Origin: a virus
Lineage: Duplodnaviria > Caudoviricetes
Strand: one strand, 5' to 3'
Virus record (IMG/VR): IMGVR_UViG_3300017727_000008
Coordinates: 1 to 61,312 of that record
DNA length: 61,312 nt
Under the pieces are notes generated by a model, which saw only the letters and a list, made by a program, of their open reading frames with translations, did not search any database and had not been told where the DNA came from. This document shows positions 27,751-37,354 of the stretch, piece after piece. The number at the start of each line of letters is the position of its first letter. Position 1 is the first letter of the stretch. A program made the position numbers and the translations under genes.

Positions 27751-29264
27751 AATACTTTTACATTGTATTTACTTTCCCATTCTTCCGCATCTTCTATGGT
27801 GTTCACCATCGGTCTGTTGCGTATGTTCAAAGATGTATTTAGTAACATAGGAACACCCGTCAACTCGTAATACTCCTCTAGAATCGGACGTAGGACAGAC
27901 TCACAGTCAGGTTTGACCAGTTGTACCCTTGCTGTACCATCTACATGGGTGACCGATGAGTAGTCATGCTTTGCCTTTGCGGTGTACTGCATATACTCGT
28001 TCATAGGCCCTTCAAAATACTCGTCAGCGTACTCAGAAAGGATAGCGGGTGCAAAGGGTCTAAACTTATGTCTACGTTTGATTGTATTCACAGTATCCTT
28101 TACATCATATCGCACATCTGCCAACAGAGAACGATTACCCAGTGCACGAGGGCCATACTCTGCACGACCATTCGCAACACCACATATCTTGATGTCAACG
28201 AGGTACTGAGCGACCATCTTAGGGTCTATGGGACGATCAATGTTGTGACCAAGGTAAGGACTACACTTTACGTTGTCTCCACCCGTGGCCTTGTGCCACG
28301 AGTACAGGGCACACCCCAGTGCATTACCAGCATCATTGGGCGCAAGAGCAATATGCATGTCATCGAACAATTCGTGGATCTTAGAGTTGGCAGTTACATT
28401 CTGTGCACACCCACCACTGTAGACAAGTTTAGAACCATACTTACGTGCTTCAGTCATCACCTTGAGTACTTCGTCCTCAAAGAACTTCTGTATAGTTGCA
28501 CTGGCATCTTCTTCTGATATGCCCTTCACTCGCTTTAGAACTTTATGTTCATATTGAACATACTTTGCAGACAAGGCACTCTCTGCAACACAAGTCCCCT
28601 CAAAGTCTACTATCTGCCTTACATTACAACCATCCTCACTTTCAAACCAATAGTACATATTGTAAAGGATATCATAGAGAGTCTTATCTACCTTACCGTA
28701 TGAGGCCAGTCCCATGACGATATATTCGTCCCTCAACATTTTGAATCCAAGGGCAGATGTTACTGTCCCGTAGATAGATCCCAAGGACTGGGGCCACAGT
28801 ATTTGTTTGATTGTCTTGAAGTTGTGGTCTTTGATGACCAGAGACTCAAGTTCACCAGAACCATCTACCGACACCATGACGGTGTCTTCTTTTGATTCCC
28901 ACGGACGAGTCAGAAATGCGAGAGCACAATGACTCTCGTGATGTTCGTTGAAGGTGTCAAAGGTAAGAGAGTTCCGCATGGGGTATGCGGTATCAATCCA
29001 ACCTCGTTTTGCCTTTCTAGCAACATCTGGATTATTTTGGAAGGTACGCATACCACCCATCTTCTCCCTACGAAGATCTGCGTCTTCATAGTAAGTGACA
29101 TGATCGTCTTTATTTACAAACGACCACATCTCTGGGGGTATCAAGTGATCCATCTTTAGACCACTATACCGTTCTGCTTGGGACGCAAATGCTACCGAAC
29201 CGTCTTGGTTGACGATGGCAAGACCGGCGTCATGAAAAAACTCTGAAAAACCTACATATCTCAT
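27747..29264 (-). CDS. carbamoyltransferase (NodU/CmcH family)
   Basis: FHDAG, HHESH, VDGSGE, MGLASYG, SGGCAQN, GPRALGNRS, FRPFAP, HVDGTARVQ, LLNTSLN. Confidence 0.92.
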   Translation of the reverse strand: MRYVGFSEFFHDAGLAIVNQDGSVAFASQAERYSGLKMDHLIPPEMWSFVNKDDHVTYYEDADLRREKMGGMRTFQNNPDVARKAKRGWIDTAYPMRNSLTFDTFNEHHESHCALAFLTRPWESKEDTVMVSVDGSGELESLVIKDHNFKTIKQILWPQSLGSIYGTVTSALGFKMLRDEYIVMGLASYGKVDKTLYDILYNMYYWFESEDGCNVRQIVDFEGTCVAESALSAKYVQYEHKVLKRVKGISEEDASATIQKFFEDEVLKVMTEARKYGSKLVYSGGCAQNVTANSKIHELFDDMHIALAPNDAGNALGCALYSWHKATGGDNVKCSPYLGHNIDRPIDPKMVAQYLVDIKICGVANGRAEYGPRALGNRSLLADVRYDVKDTVNTIKRRHKFRPFAPAILSEYADEYFEGPMNEYMQYTAKAKHDYSSVTHVDGTARVQLVKPDCESVLRPILEEYYELTGVPMLLNTSLNIRNRPMVNTIEDAEEWESKYNVKVF

Positions 29265-29279
29265 GTAGTTATATATACA

Positions 29280-29864
29280 TCAACCAACTAGGTATTCGTA
29301 TACATTTTTCCAACCCTTCATTAGAGGGTACTTCTCAGATTTCATGTTGTAACCGTGTTCCATGACAATAGAGTCCAGACCGAACTGGTCTCCAGCGTCT
29401 GCGTTCTCAACCTTGTCTTCGACCCAAGTGTATCCGGTACCTTCGTATTCCTTCAGGACTTCATCCTTGTCTGCCCCAGTGTCAAGGTAAATGAACTTCT
29501 CAAACGCAGTCTCACCAAATAACTTTCTGATGTTCATGGTTCGTAACTTCTGTGCGTTCTCGTTCTTACTTAGACTTGTGATCAGGTGAAAGACATAACC
29601 ATGTTCTTCGTGAAGTTTCCTCACATATTGGATCGCGTCTCGTAGGGGTGGGATAAAACCGACAGCCGCACTCTCGTTGAACTCTCGAACTAGTTTCTTA
29701 GACTCTGGTTTAGTAAGTCCCGCATAGATTTCGTGGATGCTGTAGGCATTCTTGTTAATAACCTCATATCCCTTCTCAGTCATCCAGACATCGAATGCGT
29801 ATCCCCAGTTCAACAGGACACCGTCAGCATCGGTCAGTATGACTTTGTGGTATTGATCGAGCAC
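29280..29864 (-). CDS. HAD-family 5'(3')-deoxyribonucleotidase-like
   Basis: ILTDADGVLLNW, WVEDK, HGYN. Confidence 0.75.
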   Translation of the reverse strand: MLDQYHKVILTDADGVLLNWGYAFDVWMTEKGYEVINKNAYSIHEIYAGLTKPESKKLVREFNESAAVGFIPPLRDAIQYVRKLHEEHGYVFHLITSLSKNENAQKLRTMNIRKLFGETAFEKFIYLDTGADKDEVLKEYEGTGYTWVEDKVENADAGDQFGLDSIVMEHGYNMKSEKYPLMKGWKNVYEYLVG

Positions 29865-29894
29865 TTTTACTCCTTACTTCTCGATTATGTTGCT

Positions 29895-29923
29895 ATTATA
29901 ACAACATGTGTAGGATTTGTCAA
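29895..29923 (-). promoter_or_regulatory. sigma70-type promoter
   Basis: TTGACA-17-TATAAT. Confidence 0.8.
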
Positions 29924-29926
29924 GTG

Positions 29927-30796
29927 CTAAATGTACTTAAATAGATCCATTTTGTGATGTTTCAACATCTCTACTTTGTTGCCACCACCTGTATAGTGGA
30001 GGAAGTTTTGGTCTCTCCACTTGTCGTAGGCACTCATAGCACCATCACCATAGTCTCCATGCCAGTCGCGATAGTGAGTAGGGGTATCATTCCATGTCTG
30101 ATCAAGACCCAGAACCGAGAATCCATGTTTGACTAACTGGCCTGAGATCCAAGGTTGATCGTTGTTTAACCAGTACGGAGTATTGTGTTCAATACCATCC
30201 TGTACATAGTCATACCAAGGATCGAATACTTCCCTTGCTTTGTGACGAGCCTCTCTAGACCATATTAAGACACCAGTATTAAGTGTAGCGATACATGAAG
30301 GTCTCTGTGGAGGACTTGTGGGTACTACTGGTATATTGTTACGAGCATACTTCTCTTCGATCAGGATTCGTTGCTTATCGTCATAATCCCAAGTATTGTA
30401 TCCACCTGACTGATCCGTGCGTATGTCCGATTCATAGACACCACAGACATCATAATCGCCAGCGAGGTCAAAGATATTCTCTTCAGTGTTACATATGATA
30501 TCAGCGTCAACAAACAACACTTGATCAAAATTATCGTAGAGAGGATCATAAATCACACGTAGGCATTCAAAGAGCAACACCGAGTTACCCGATTTATCAG
30601 CGGTATAGACTTGTTTCTTAGAATAGTGATGGACAGCATCTATTTTTTCAGCATAGATTGAAAAAGATTCCGCAGATAGATCTGCTGTCTTTCTGTACAA
30701 ATCACTCCTATTACCATCACGGCCATATTCAGGGACTTTACCACGAGCCTCGGTGTCCTCGTTGGTAACCATATATTGGAAAATTGCGTTTTTCAC
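29927..30796 (-). CDS. GT-A glycosyltransferase (GT8-like)
   Basis: FVDADI, LNTGVL, NDQPWI, WN, FLHYTG; resembles 22791..23579. Confidence 0.7.
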   Translation of the reverse strand: MKNAIFQYMVTNEDTEARGKVPEYGRDGNRSDLYRKTADLSAESFSIYAEKIDAVHHYSKKQVYTADKSGNSVLLFECLRVIYDPLYDNFDQVLFVDADIICNTEENIFDLAGDYDVCGVYESDIRTDQSGGYNTWDYDDKQRILIEEKYARNNIPVVPTSPPQRPSCIATLNTGVLIWSREARHKAREVFDPWYDYVQDGIEHNTPYWLNNDQPWISGQLVKHGFSVLGLDQTWNDTPTHYRDWHGDYGDGAMSAYDKWRDQNFLHYTGGGNKVEMLKHHKMDLFKYI

Positions 30797-31254
30797 TCAG
30801 GCAAACCAGTGGTATATCGGGTTGCGCCTTCATGACGGGTAGCAGTCAGACATTGGTTCCGGTTATCATCACCAGCCCAACTGACATGTATCCAACCAGA
30901 TGATGGATCACCTTCCTCGTAGAACTCAGAGATCAACTGATCAAACTCTAGGTTATCTCTGATCCACTGTGCGACCACAAGGTTATCAGACCCATCACAC
31001 TCAAAGTCTACTGCTTGTCCCTTGGAGTGTTGAGATCTGGGTGACCCTCCGATTGCTTCGTTGAGTGCAGGAGAACGATATCCAGATGTGATACGAGTCA
31101 CCCCGAACTCTTCCCGCACTGCCTGTACGACATTCTCGAACAGTGCCTTGGCACTCTCTAGATGATCACCTTCAGGGGTGTTATTGATACCCAGACGAGT
31201 TGCCGTCTGAGACTTGGTATATTCTTTTAACGAAAAGTTTTTACTTAGGTTCAT
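30793..31254 (-). CDS. peptidase M15A endolysin
   Basis: LSKNFSL.E, ITSGYRS, SQHSKGQAVD, WIHVS. Confidence 0.88.
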   Translation of the reverse strand: MNLSKNFSLKEYTKSQTATRLGINNTPEGDHLESAKALFENVVQAVREEFGVTRITSGYRSPALNEAIGGSPRSQHSKGQAVDFECDGSDNLVVAQWIRDNLEFDQLISEFYEEGDPSSGWIHVSWAGDDNRNQCLTATRHEGATRYTTGLPE

Positions 31255-31940
31255 TTGATCTTACCTCTCTCTACCATTTCCTTAGTCATTATATAGTCTC
31301 GCACGAAGTCTGACCTTACAATGTCGGGCCATCCGAACTCAACGGTGGTAAAGTTATTCATGACTTCCATGATGTTCATGAAGTGTAGTATGCCGTTCTT
31401 ATCGGTTTCTTTACCTAGATCTGACTGATAGTAATCACCACTAAAGATGATACGACTGTTACGTCCCACTCGTGTAATTATAGAGTCCAACTCGTGGAAG
31501 GTCAGGTTCTGCATCTCGTCCACAATGATAATAGTATCATCCAAAGTGACACCCCGTATGAACGAGGTTGACATAAAGTTGATGACACCTTGTTTCTCTA
31601 GGTTTTCGTATGCACCGCTCTCATTGAACAGTTCAGTACAGACCGCACGATAGGGTGAGGTATAGGCATCAACCTTCTCTTCAATAGAGCCAGGCAGATA
31701 ACCCATCTCTCTGGTGGGGACTACACTTCTTACGATAACAAGTTTGTCTTGGGAATAGGACTTATCAAGAACATCCTGTAGTGCGAGATACATTCCTATG
31801 AAGGTCTTACCTGTGCCAGCGGAACCACATAAAACGAGATGATCTTGTTCGTTCCATGCGTCATACGCAGTTTTTTGATTTGCCGTTATGGGATCGTATT
31901 TCAAAAGATGTTCAATACGAAGGCGTCTCATTTGACTCAT
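31251..31940 (-). CDS. phoH: PhoH-like ATPase
   Basis: GSAGTGKT, GYLPG, RGVTL, DEMQN, GDYYQSD, DIVRS. Confidence 0.93.
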   Translation of the reverse strand: MSQMRRLRIEHLLKYDPITANQKTAYDAWNEQDHLVLCGSAGTGKTFIGMYLALQDVLDKSYSQDKLVIVRSVVPTREMGYLPGSIEEKVDAYTSPYRAVCTELFNESGAYENLEKQGVINFMSTSFIRGVTLDDTIIIVDEMQNLTFHELDSIITRVGRNSRIIFSGDYYQSDLGKETDKNGILHFMNIMEVMNNFTTVEFGWPDIVRSDFVRDYIMTKEMVERGKIK

Positions 31941-32173
31941 TGTTTAATGTTACTTCCTCGACCAGAACCTTTTTCGATGTTACTCATTAGGTTTTTCCAG
32001 TCTCCCGATGTTTTATTGATTATATTACCTGTGTGGGTAACAAGGGCGGGTGCACCAATGCGTTGTTGCCAGTCAGGGCCCAACTCATCTAGACGTTTTT
32101 TTAGACGGGAGTAGGAACACATACATTCCTCCATCTCACCAGTTTCTTTGTTTACAATTGTGTAAAACGGCAT
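31937..32173 (-). CDS. FmdB-like small protein
   Basis: MPFYTIVNKETGE...; usual position upstream of phoH in T4-like phages. Confidence 0.55.
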   Translation of the reverse strand: MPFYTIVNKETGEMEECMCSYSRLKKRLDELGPDWQQRIGAPALVTHTGNIINKTSGDWKNLMSNIEKGSGRGSNIKQ

Positions 32174-32238
32174 ATTTTCATTCTCCAAAGTGACGAGGGG
32201 GCGATGAACGCCCCCACGAGATAAATCACCTACCTTAT

Positions 32239-32406
32239 CTATGCTAAGATTGTTTCTTCGTAATCGGCAATAGTTTGACTAAGGAACGCCTTTTTCATCG
32301 ATAACTTGTGAGCAAGATTGTCTCTGCCTTTTTTCTTGAGACGGTGAATGTAATTATCAAGTTCACGGCTGTCGTTCTTTAATCGCTCTATTTGGTTTGT
32401 CGGCAT
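32239..32406 (-). CDS. hypothetical protein (55 aa, not in ORF track)
   Basis: MPTNQIERLKNDSRELDNYIHRLKKKG...; AGGAG RBS. Confidence 0.6.
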   Translation of the reverse strand: MPTNQIERLKNDSRELDNYIHRLKKKGRDNLAHKLSMKKAFLSQTIADYEETILA

Positions 32407-32444
32407 AAATGCGCTCCTGTTATTATTGAAATAACATAACGAAG

Positions 32445-32867
32445 TTAAGATAATAGGGTGGGAAATGCCTCCTCAACTATCTTTTTAGTCAATCCTTTGA
32501 CCGGAGGTTTCTTATCCTTCATTGCAAGAACGATCAGTGCGTCCTCTGCATGGATACTCTCCAATAATTGTATGAATTTGGTTTCTGTTTTAATTTTACC
32601 CAGTTCTGAATTTCTCGCACCTTCCACAAAATCACCGAACTGTCGGTGAAGTTTAAGTAGGGTGCTGGGAGTAGATTCAGGACGGTTGGGGGTATACGGT
32701 GGTTTGCCTTCAGGTAAAGCAAACTTTAGTCGCTCGTCAAAACAACCCCGAACAACGTCTTTGACGGCTGGAATGGAATCTCCCATCTCTTTGAGAAAGG
32801 TGATCTTGTCTTTCCGGTTGGTTAATTTTGTGAAATCTTCAAAGATCTCAAACACTTCTTTCTGCAT
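32445..32867 (-). CDS. conserved T4-like phage protein (DUF6433-like)
   Basis: LPEGKPPY, ETKFIQLLESIH.EDA, KGLTKK.V.EAFP. Confidence 0.6.
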   Translation of the reverse strand: MQKEVFEIFEDFTKLTNRKDKITFLKEMGDSIPAVKDVVRGCFDERLKFALPEGKPPYTPNRPESTPSTLLKLHRQFGDFVEGARNSELGKIKTETKFIQLLESIHAEDALIVLAMKDKKPPVKGLTKKIVEEAFPTLLS

Positions 32868-32907
32868 AAGGTTCCTCTTATGATATTATATATACGCAGA
32901 AGGATCT

Positions 32908-33090
32908 CTAAACACCAAAATATTCGCGAAATTCTTGGACTTCTTGTTCCCATTCCACGACTTCAAACGTCCAATGTGCGACACCTTCTGCGTTTTCGCA
33001 CTCTTCTGCTATCTCCAACTGCTTCTTTGCTTCATTCAGGATTGTCCCAAGACCTTCCAAACGTTCAGCAATTTCTTCGGTTGTCATCAT
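32908..33090 (-). CDS. hypothetical protein
   Basis: Coiled-coil ORF after an AAGGA RBS. Confidence 0.5.
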   Translation of the reverse strand: MMTTEEIAERLEGLGTILNEAKKQLEIAEECENAEGVAHWTFEVVEWEQEVQEFREYFGV

Positions 33091-33097
33091 TATATAG

Positions 33098-33268
33098 TCA
33101 TTCCTTACGCTCCATCCATGCCTTAAAGACAGCACGAGCTTTGTTTTTTTCCAGACCGAACTCTTCGGTCAAGTAACGAGGGGCACCAAACATATTCATC
33201 TGACCCGACTCACGCAGAGCGTCCAGAATACCGAAGAAGAACTCGTCCATGCTTATTTCTTTTGTCAT
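33098..33268 (-). CDS. hypothetical protein (LRESG.MNMFGA family)
   Basis: LDALRESGQMNMFGAPRYL motif; TAATG coupling at 33268. Confidence 0.6.
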   Translation of the reverse strand: MTKEISMDEFFFGILDALRESGQMNMFGAPRYLTEEFGLEKNKARAVFKAWMERKE

Positions 33269-33357
33269 TAGATTATCCCATTGATGTAAAGTATTGACAG
33301 GGGGGCTACTATCCATAACCCCGCGATTAACCATTCCAATCGACCCCACTCTCTCAT
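33268..33357 (-). CDS. small single-TM protein (29 aa, not in ORF track)
   Basis: MREWGRLEWLIAGLWIVAPLSILYINGII; ATGA and TAATG overlaps at the two ends. Confidence 0.5.
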   Translation of the reverse strand: MREWGRLEWLIAGLWIVAPLSILYINGII

Positions 33358-33740
33358 GCGTACACCTTTATGTAAGTGTAGTGACTTCTGTGGAAGTAGT
33401 CGGTCATTATGTCATCTTTACAGAAGTACTTGGGGCCTTTCATGGCCTCGACCAACTCGTTGAAGAACCCTTCATACTTGCCGTAACGTTCAGTCCAATA
33501 TTCGTTGACATCCAATCCCCATCGGGCGGCATCTTCCTTGATCTCTTTAGCACGACCAGCAGGGTTTTTCAAACCCGTAGTCCTGACATACTCTTCAACG
33601 ATCTCAGTACCACCCTTGATCTTTACGACCAAACCGCTGTGGTGTTGAACACCGATAGTACCTTTGAACCCGTACTTCTTCAACACTGCTTTGATCGCAG
33701 GAGCAAGTTCTTTCTTCATTTCTTGACTAACGTAGGCCAT
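33354..33740 (-). CDS. hypothetical early protein
   Basis: MAYVSQEMKKELAPAIKAVLKKYG...DIMTDYFH; behind cassette copy 3. Confidence 0.65.
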   Translation of the reverse strand: MAYVSQEMKKELAPAIKAVLKKYGFKGTIGVQHHSGLVVKIKGGTEIVEEYVRTTGLKNPAGRAKEIKEDAARWGLDVNEYWTERYGKYEGFFNELVEAMKGPKYFCKDDIMTDYFHRSHYTYIKVYA

Positions 33741-33747
33741 TTCTCAG

Positions 33748-33801
33748 TTCCTTTCTCAGTTTCAATACAAGTATTATACACCCTGTATCAGAGATTGTCA
33801 A
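33748..33801 (-). promoter_or_regulatory. early promoter/RBS cassette, copy 3
   Basis: TTGACA-17-TATAAT-ACTTGTATTGAAACTGAGAAAGGAA. Confidence 0.85.
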
Positions 33802-34775
33802 GGGCTTTTTTGAATTTTTTTCATTATTTCTTCAAAACCTTCAAACATTCTGTTGCCAAAGAACTTCATATTCAGATCCTCTTCCCATGAGGTGTGCGTA
33901 TCAGTGTGCCATTTTCCCTCATGAGGGAAGATAGACAGAGTTTCTGAGAAGTATTGACCCCACTCCATCATACAGTCTACTATCATCTCCATCGTATCGT
34001 CCTCAAACGCATATATGGAGTCTAACTTCATCAGTCGAGGTAGATATCGTTTGACGGACAACCGTGATATCTCAGGGCCAAACAAAGACGGTGATGCAAA
34101 TGTCAATGAGTTCAGAGACTTGGCAGACATTAGTGCTGGTAGGATATTCCGTTCAAAGGCACCCTTGTGGTGGTATGACAGAGGGTATCCTGTCCTTCTA
34201 TTGCGATAATAAGGAATGAACTCCTCAACGTTCTCTAGGCACTGCTTGTGAGTTACCCTCATACCTTCAAATGGATTCTCTTCTCGTTTCCAGAACTTGT
34301 CACTACGGATAAACGCATAATCATCTTCAGTCACTTCCCACGGTTGGATATCATCTGTATCAGGTGGCAGTTGTGTTGCGTCTATGATATTGCGGATACT
34401 AGTAGATCCATTCAGATAGATCTCATACGCAGGATTGTGTTCAAAGTACTTCTCGTGAAACCTTCGCGAAGCCTCATCAAAGTATTCTATCCTATTTACA
34501 GGTAACCTGTCAAGGTCTTTTTCGTCCAAACCTTGAGTTCTGCCTTCCCACATAGTATCAGGAATGATCCATAAAGGAACTCCTAACTCAAGACACGCGA
34601 ACATGGCTGCCAGTTGAACCACCCCGTTCTTAGGTATGATGATGGTGGTGACCTGACCCTTTGATACACCATTCTGTATCAGAAGATGTTTGAACTGATT
34701 AATGATTTCACAAAACTCATCTTTAGAACTTCCATCTATAAGAATGGCGTCATTTATAACATTACGATTGATCAT
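33798..34775 (-). CDS. degenerate ANL/AMP-binding-like protein
   Basis: N-terminus parallels 35585..36826 (GVSKGQVTTI, AMFACLELG); the P-loop signature is missing. Confidence 0.5.
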   Translation of the reverse strand: MINRNVINDAILIDGSSKDEFCEIINQFKHLLIQNGVSKGQVTTIIIPKNGVVQLAAMFACLELGVPLWIIPDTMWEGRTQGLDEKDLDRLPVNRIEYFDEASRRFHEKYFEHNPAYEIYLNGSTSIRNIIDATQLPPDTDDIQPWEVTEDDYAFIRSDKFWKREENPFEGMRVTHKQCLENVEEFIPYYRNRRTGYPLSYHHKGAFERNILPALMSAKSLNSLTFASPSLFGPEISRLSVKRYLPRLMKLDSIYAFEDDTMEMIVDCMMEWGQYFSETLSIFPHEGKWHTDTHTSWEEDLNMKFFGNRMFEGFEEIMKKIQKSP

Positions 34776-35607
34776 CTTTTTTTATTTTACCGCAGATGTA
34801 ATAAAGATATTCCGCAAATTCAGTATGCGCCTGTTCGTCGGGGTGACCGCCCGGATACCAGTCTCTAGGTTCTTGGAATTCTTTGAGTGTCATGTCATAG
34901 TCACCAAGACCAATCCGATTTTCTTGACGCAGGAGGTTCAGTGATTCTGATGTCCAATCGCGCCACTGGTGGACTTGTTTACTTGTCCTTTGACCTGCAT
35001 TTTTGACCCTAGTGCTTATCTTCATATATTCCGATCTAATATGAGAATGGAATACACCTTGCATGATCGTAATGCCCATACCATCACATAAAGCTTGGAG
35101 TGCTACCATATTACTCAGTAGATGGGTATACCCAGTAGCAAAGGCAGATCTTATCGCAGTGATAGTTCTTGCTTGTCTGCCAAATGTATTGTGATAATTG
35201 TATATAGCATCATTACAATGTATTAGAGATAACTCCTTGCTCATAGATAATGTAACATCATTTTGTCTGCGTTCATGCCACTGGGTCATGGATATATGGG
35301 GGAAAACTTCTGCCGCATCAACATCACGATCCTTGATCTCAAGCATTGTTTCTTTTCTTAGTGGATCAGACCATAAAACCATTACATTAGTTACGTTACG
35401 AGTCTTAGAATGTTTTACCAGATAGTCTACGGTATCACGAAAAATCTTTTCATTACCGCTACCGCAGTTGGCAATGTTGTCATAGTCTAACCCCAGTTTA
35501 CCTGCTAGTTGGTCAGCCCAAGTAAGATGCCAGTGAGTCATCGGTAACTCATAACACCCCTCCAATTCATCACCAAAAGTGAAACTACATCCGTTTACTA
35601 ATAACAC
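34762..35607 (-). CDS. SGNH/GDSL hydrolase-like protein
   Basis: VNGCSFTFG block I, GSGNEKIFR, GHPDEQAH block V. Confidence 0.7.
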   Translation of the reverse strand: MLLVNGCSFTFGDELEGCYELPMTHWHLTWADQLAGKLGLDYDNIANCGSGNEKIFRDTVDYLVKHSKTRNVTNVMVLWSDPLRKETMLEIKDRDVDAAEVFPHISMTQWHERRQNDVTLSMSKELSLIHCNDAIYNYHNTFGRQARTITAIRSAFATGYTHLLSNMVALQALCDGMGITIMQGVFHSHIRSEYMKISTRVKNAGQRTSKQVHQWRDWTSESLNLLRQENRIGLGDYDMTLKEFQEPRDWYPGGHPDEQAHTEFAEYLYYICGKIKKDDQS

Positions 35608-36826
35608 TTAAATGTCCCCTTAACTGCTCATGATTGATCTTTGTATCCTGAAAGAATGGTGTTATATCAAAACCATCGGGGATATCGATCTGTGTATCTC
35701 TTTCTCTATTTAGTATGTAACGACCTTCTAGAAATGAAATATCGTCATCAATATACCGAGGTTTATCCCACCACTCATGCTCTATCTGTAAAAAAGATCT
35801 TCGAGTATTAGGATGATTTCTTATACTAACCTCATAAAAGTCATCCGGTAACACACCAAGACTATTGGGAAACATCTCAGTATCAGCTTTCACAAGGTTT
35901 ACTAATAGTGGAATGGCGGTATCAATACTACCGTAATGTGACTGAAAACAAACATTATGTTTCTTTGCTAGTTCAACAAACTCCTCATCCAATACAAACC
36001 CAGACATATTGATATTCAGTCTGCTTCGGAAAGGCAAAGGGAATGAGTCGAGGAAGTCGTATAGTGTACTCTTGTTTGGTATCATAATATGAGTAGCACC
36101 AAATTCATATATCCCTTGCAACCCTCTTAGGTAGGATGTTGATTCTTCATGAGAATCATCGTGACCAATTGAAAAGGTTTTGTGCATATCACTACCGAAA
36201 CCACGATGCATGGCCATAAGACTAGGTAGTAGTGAGGTGAGCATGGCAGAGGCGTGGTGTAGATTTCTAGAGTGAATCACTCGCGAATGTCGGGTGAATC
36301 CAAATATCTTTATATTTCTTTTGGCAATAGCCACTACCTCTTTATGAGAGAATGTGACTGGTTTGGATGGCCCAGTCGTTCCTGATGTGGAACTGACCAG
36401 AAAGGGATCATCCTCATACACGGGTGCTGCCTGAAAGAACTTATATTGAGTCGGAGACTCCGCATCAATACCAACTCCACCATACAGTCTCATCATCTCA
36501 TCATGTAGACCATTATAGATGGTAGTAGTATCCTCGGCAGAACTGTAGATGTAGTAATCGGACGGGCCGTGGAGTGCAAGTTTAGTAAACGGTAACGACT
36601 CTTTAGTTGCAGGACTATCCAGTATGAATACTCTCAGTCCCATCTCAGCACATGCAAATATTGCACCCACATGATTGACATCAACTTTCATCATCGATAT
36701 CGTAACAAGATCACCCTTCTTTGCGCCAGCATCAAACAATCGCCATTTCATCTGATTTATATGCGGGTCGATTTCGTTGTTATCAAACTCATCGCATATG
36801 AGGTTACGATCTAATATGCTTTGCAT
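35585..36826 (-). CDS. ANL-superfamily adenylate-forming (AMP-binding) protein, C-terminally short
   Basis: STSGTTGPSKPV (A3 motif), LHH, HYGSID (YGxTE-like). Confidence 0.7.
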   Translation of the reverse strand: MQSILDRNLICDEFDNNEIDPHINQMKWRLFDAGAKKGDLVTISMMKVDVNHVGAIFACAEMGLRVFILDSPATKESLPFTKLALHGPSDYYIYSSAEDTTTIYNGLHDEMMRLYGGVGIDAESPTQYKFFQAAPVYEDDPFLVSSTSGTTGPSKPVTFSHKEVVAIAKRNIKIFGFTRHSRVIHSRNLHHASAMLTSLLPSLMAMHRGFGSDMHKTFSIGHDDSHEESTSYLRGLQGIYEFGATHIMIPNKSTLYDFLDSFPLPFRSRLNINMSGFVLDEEFVELAKKHNVCFQSHYGSIDTAIPLLVNLVKADTEMFPNSLGVLPDDFYEVSIRNHPNTRRSFLQIEHEWWDKPRYIDDDISFLEGRYILNRERDTQIDIPDGFDITPFFQDTKINHEQLRGHLSVISKRM

Positions 36827-37208
36827 GAATTTTGCATCCTATAAACTCATTGTAGTATTCATCACTCAATAGAACATCGTATTGGAATTGTAGTTTTGCT
36901 TCGTAGTACGAACACTCACCTTTGGTACGACACAGTCTTAGAACCTCTCTACGGAACTCCTGACCCCCTTCTACGAGGGTTTTTACCTGTTCTGACGAAC
37001 CATAGTAGTCACGCCAGTCCGATTGGACTCGTGTTCTTTTGCGTCTTTTTCTTGTTTTCGTAACAGGGAGTATCTTGGGTTTCCAGAAGAACTTCTTACC
37101 AATATACTTTTTACCAGTGTTTAACTCAGTCAAGCAGTAGACGAATCCTTGGTAGGGTTCCAAGAACTCGTCTTCTGGCTCAAACTCTTTACCTTCGTAC
37201 ATCCACAT
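36804..37208 (-). CDS. GIY-YIG nuclease-family protein
   Basis: GFVYCLT...KKYIGKK, WRDYYGSS, YYE, YYN. Confidence 0.75.
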   Translation of the reverse strand: MWMYEGKEFEPEDEFLEPYQGFVYCLTELNTGKKYIGKKFFWKPKILPVTKTRKRRKRTRVQSDWRDYYGSSEQVKTLVEGGQEFRREVLRLCRTKGECSYYEAKLQFQYDVLLSDEYYNEFIGCKIHAKHIRS

Positions 37209-37222
37209 GAAGGTATATATGC

Positions 37223-37354
37223 TTAGTCTATAGTGACTCCACACATAGGACAGTATTGGGGTTCCTCCTCACTGTCCTTTACTATAACCTCCACTTCAGT
37301 CTCACAGAGATTACACTCTAGTACAAAGATTGGGAGTTCATCATCCTCTATCAT
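37223..37354 (-). CDS. small zinc-ribbon protein (43 aa, not in ORF track)
   Basis: CNLC...YCPMCG; ATGA overlap with the nrdB stop. Confidence 0.6.
   Translation of the reverse strand: MIEDDELPIFVLECNLCETEVEVIVKDSEEEPQYCPMCGVTID

Noticed and set aside
32197-32215. GC-rich hairpin GGGGGCG-ATGAA-CGCCCCC as a terminator
   Set aside because: No adjacent U-tract on either strand; function unclear.
36804-37208. GIY-YIG protein as a mobile homing endonuclease
   Set aside because: Only the catalytic-type domain is present, with no NUMOD/HTH DNA-binding tail; it looks like the conserved stand-alone gene beside nrdB.
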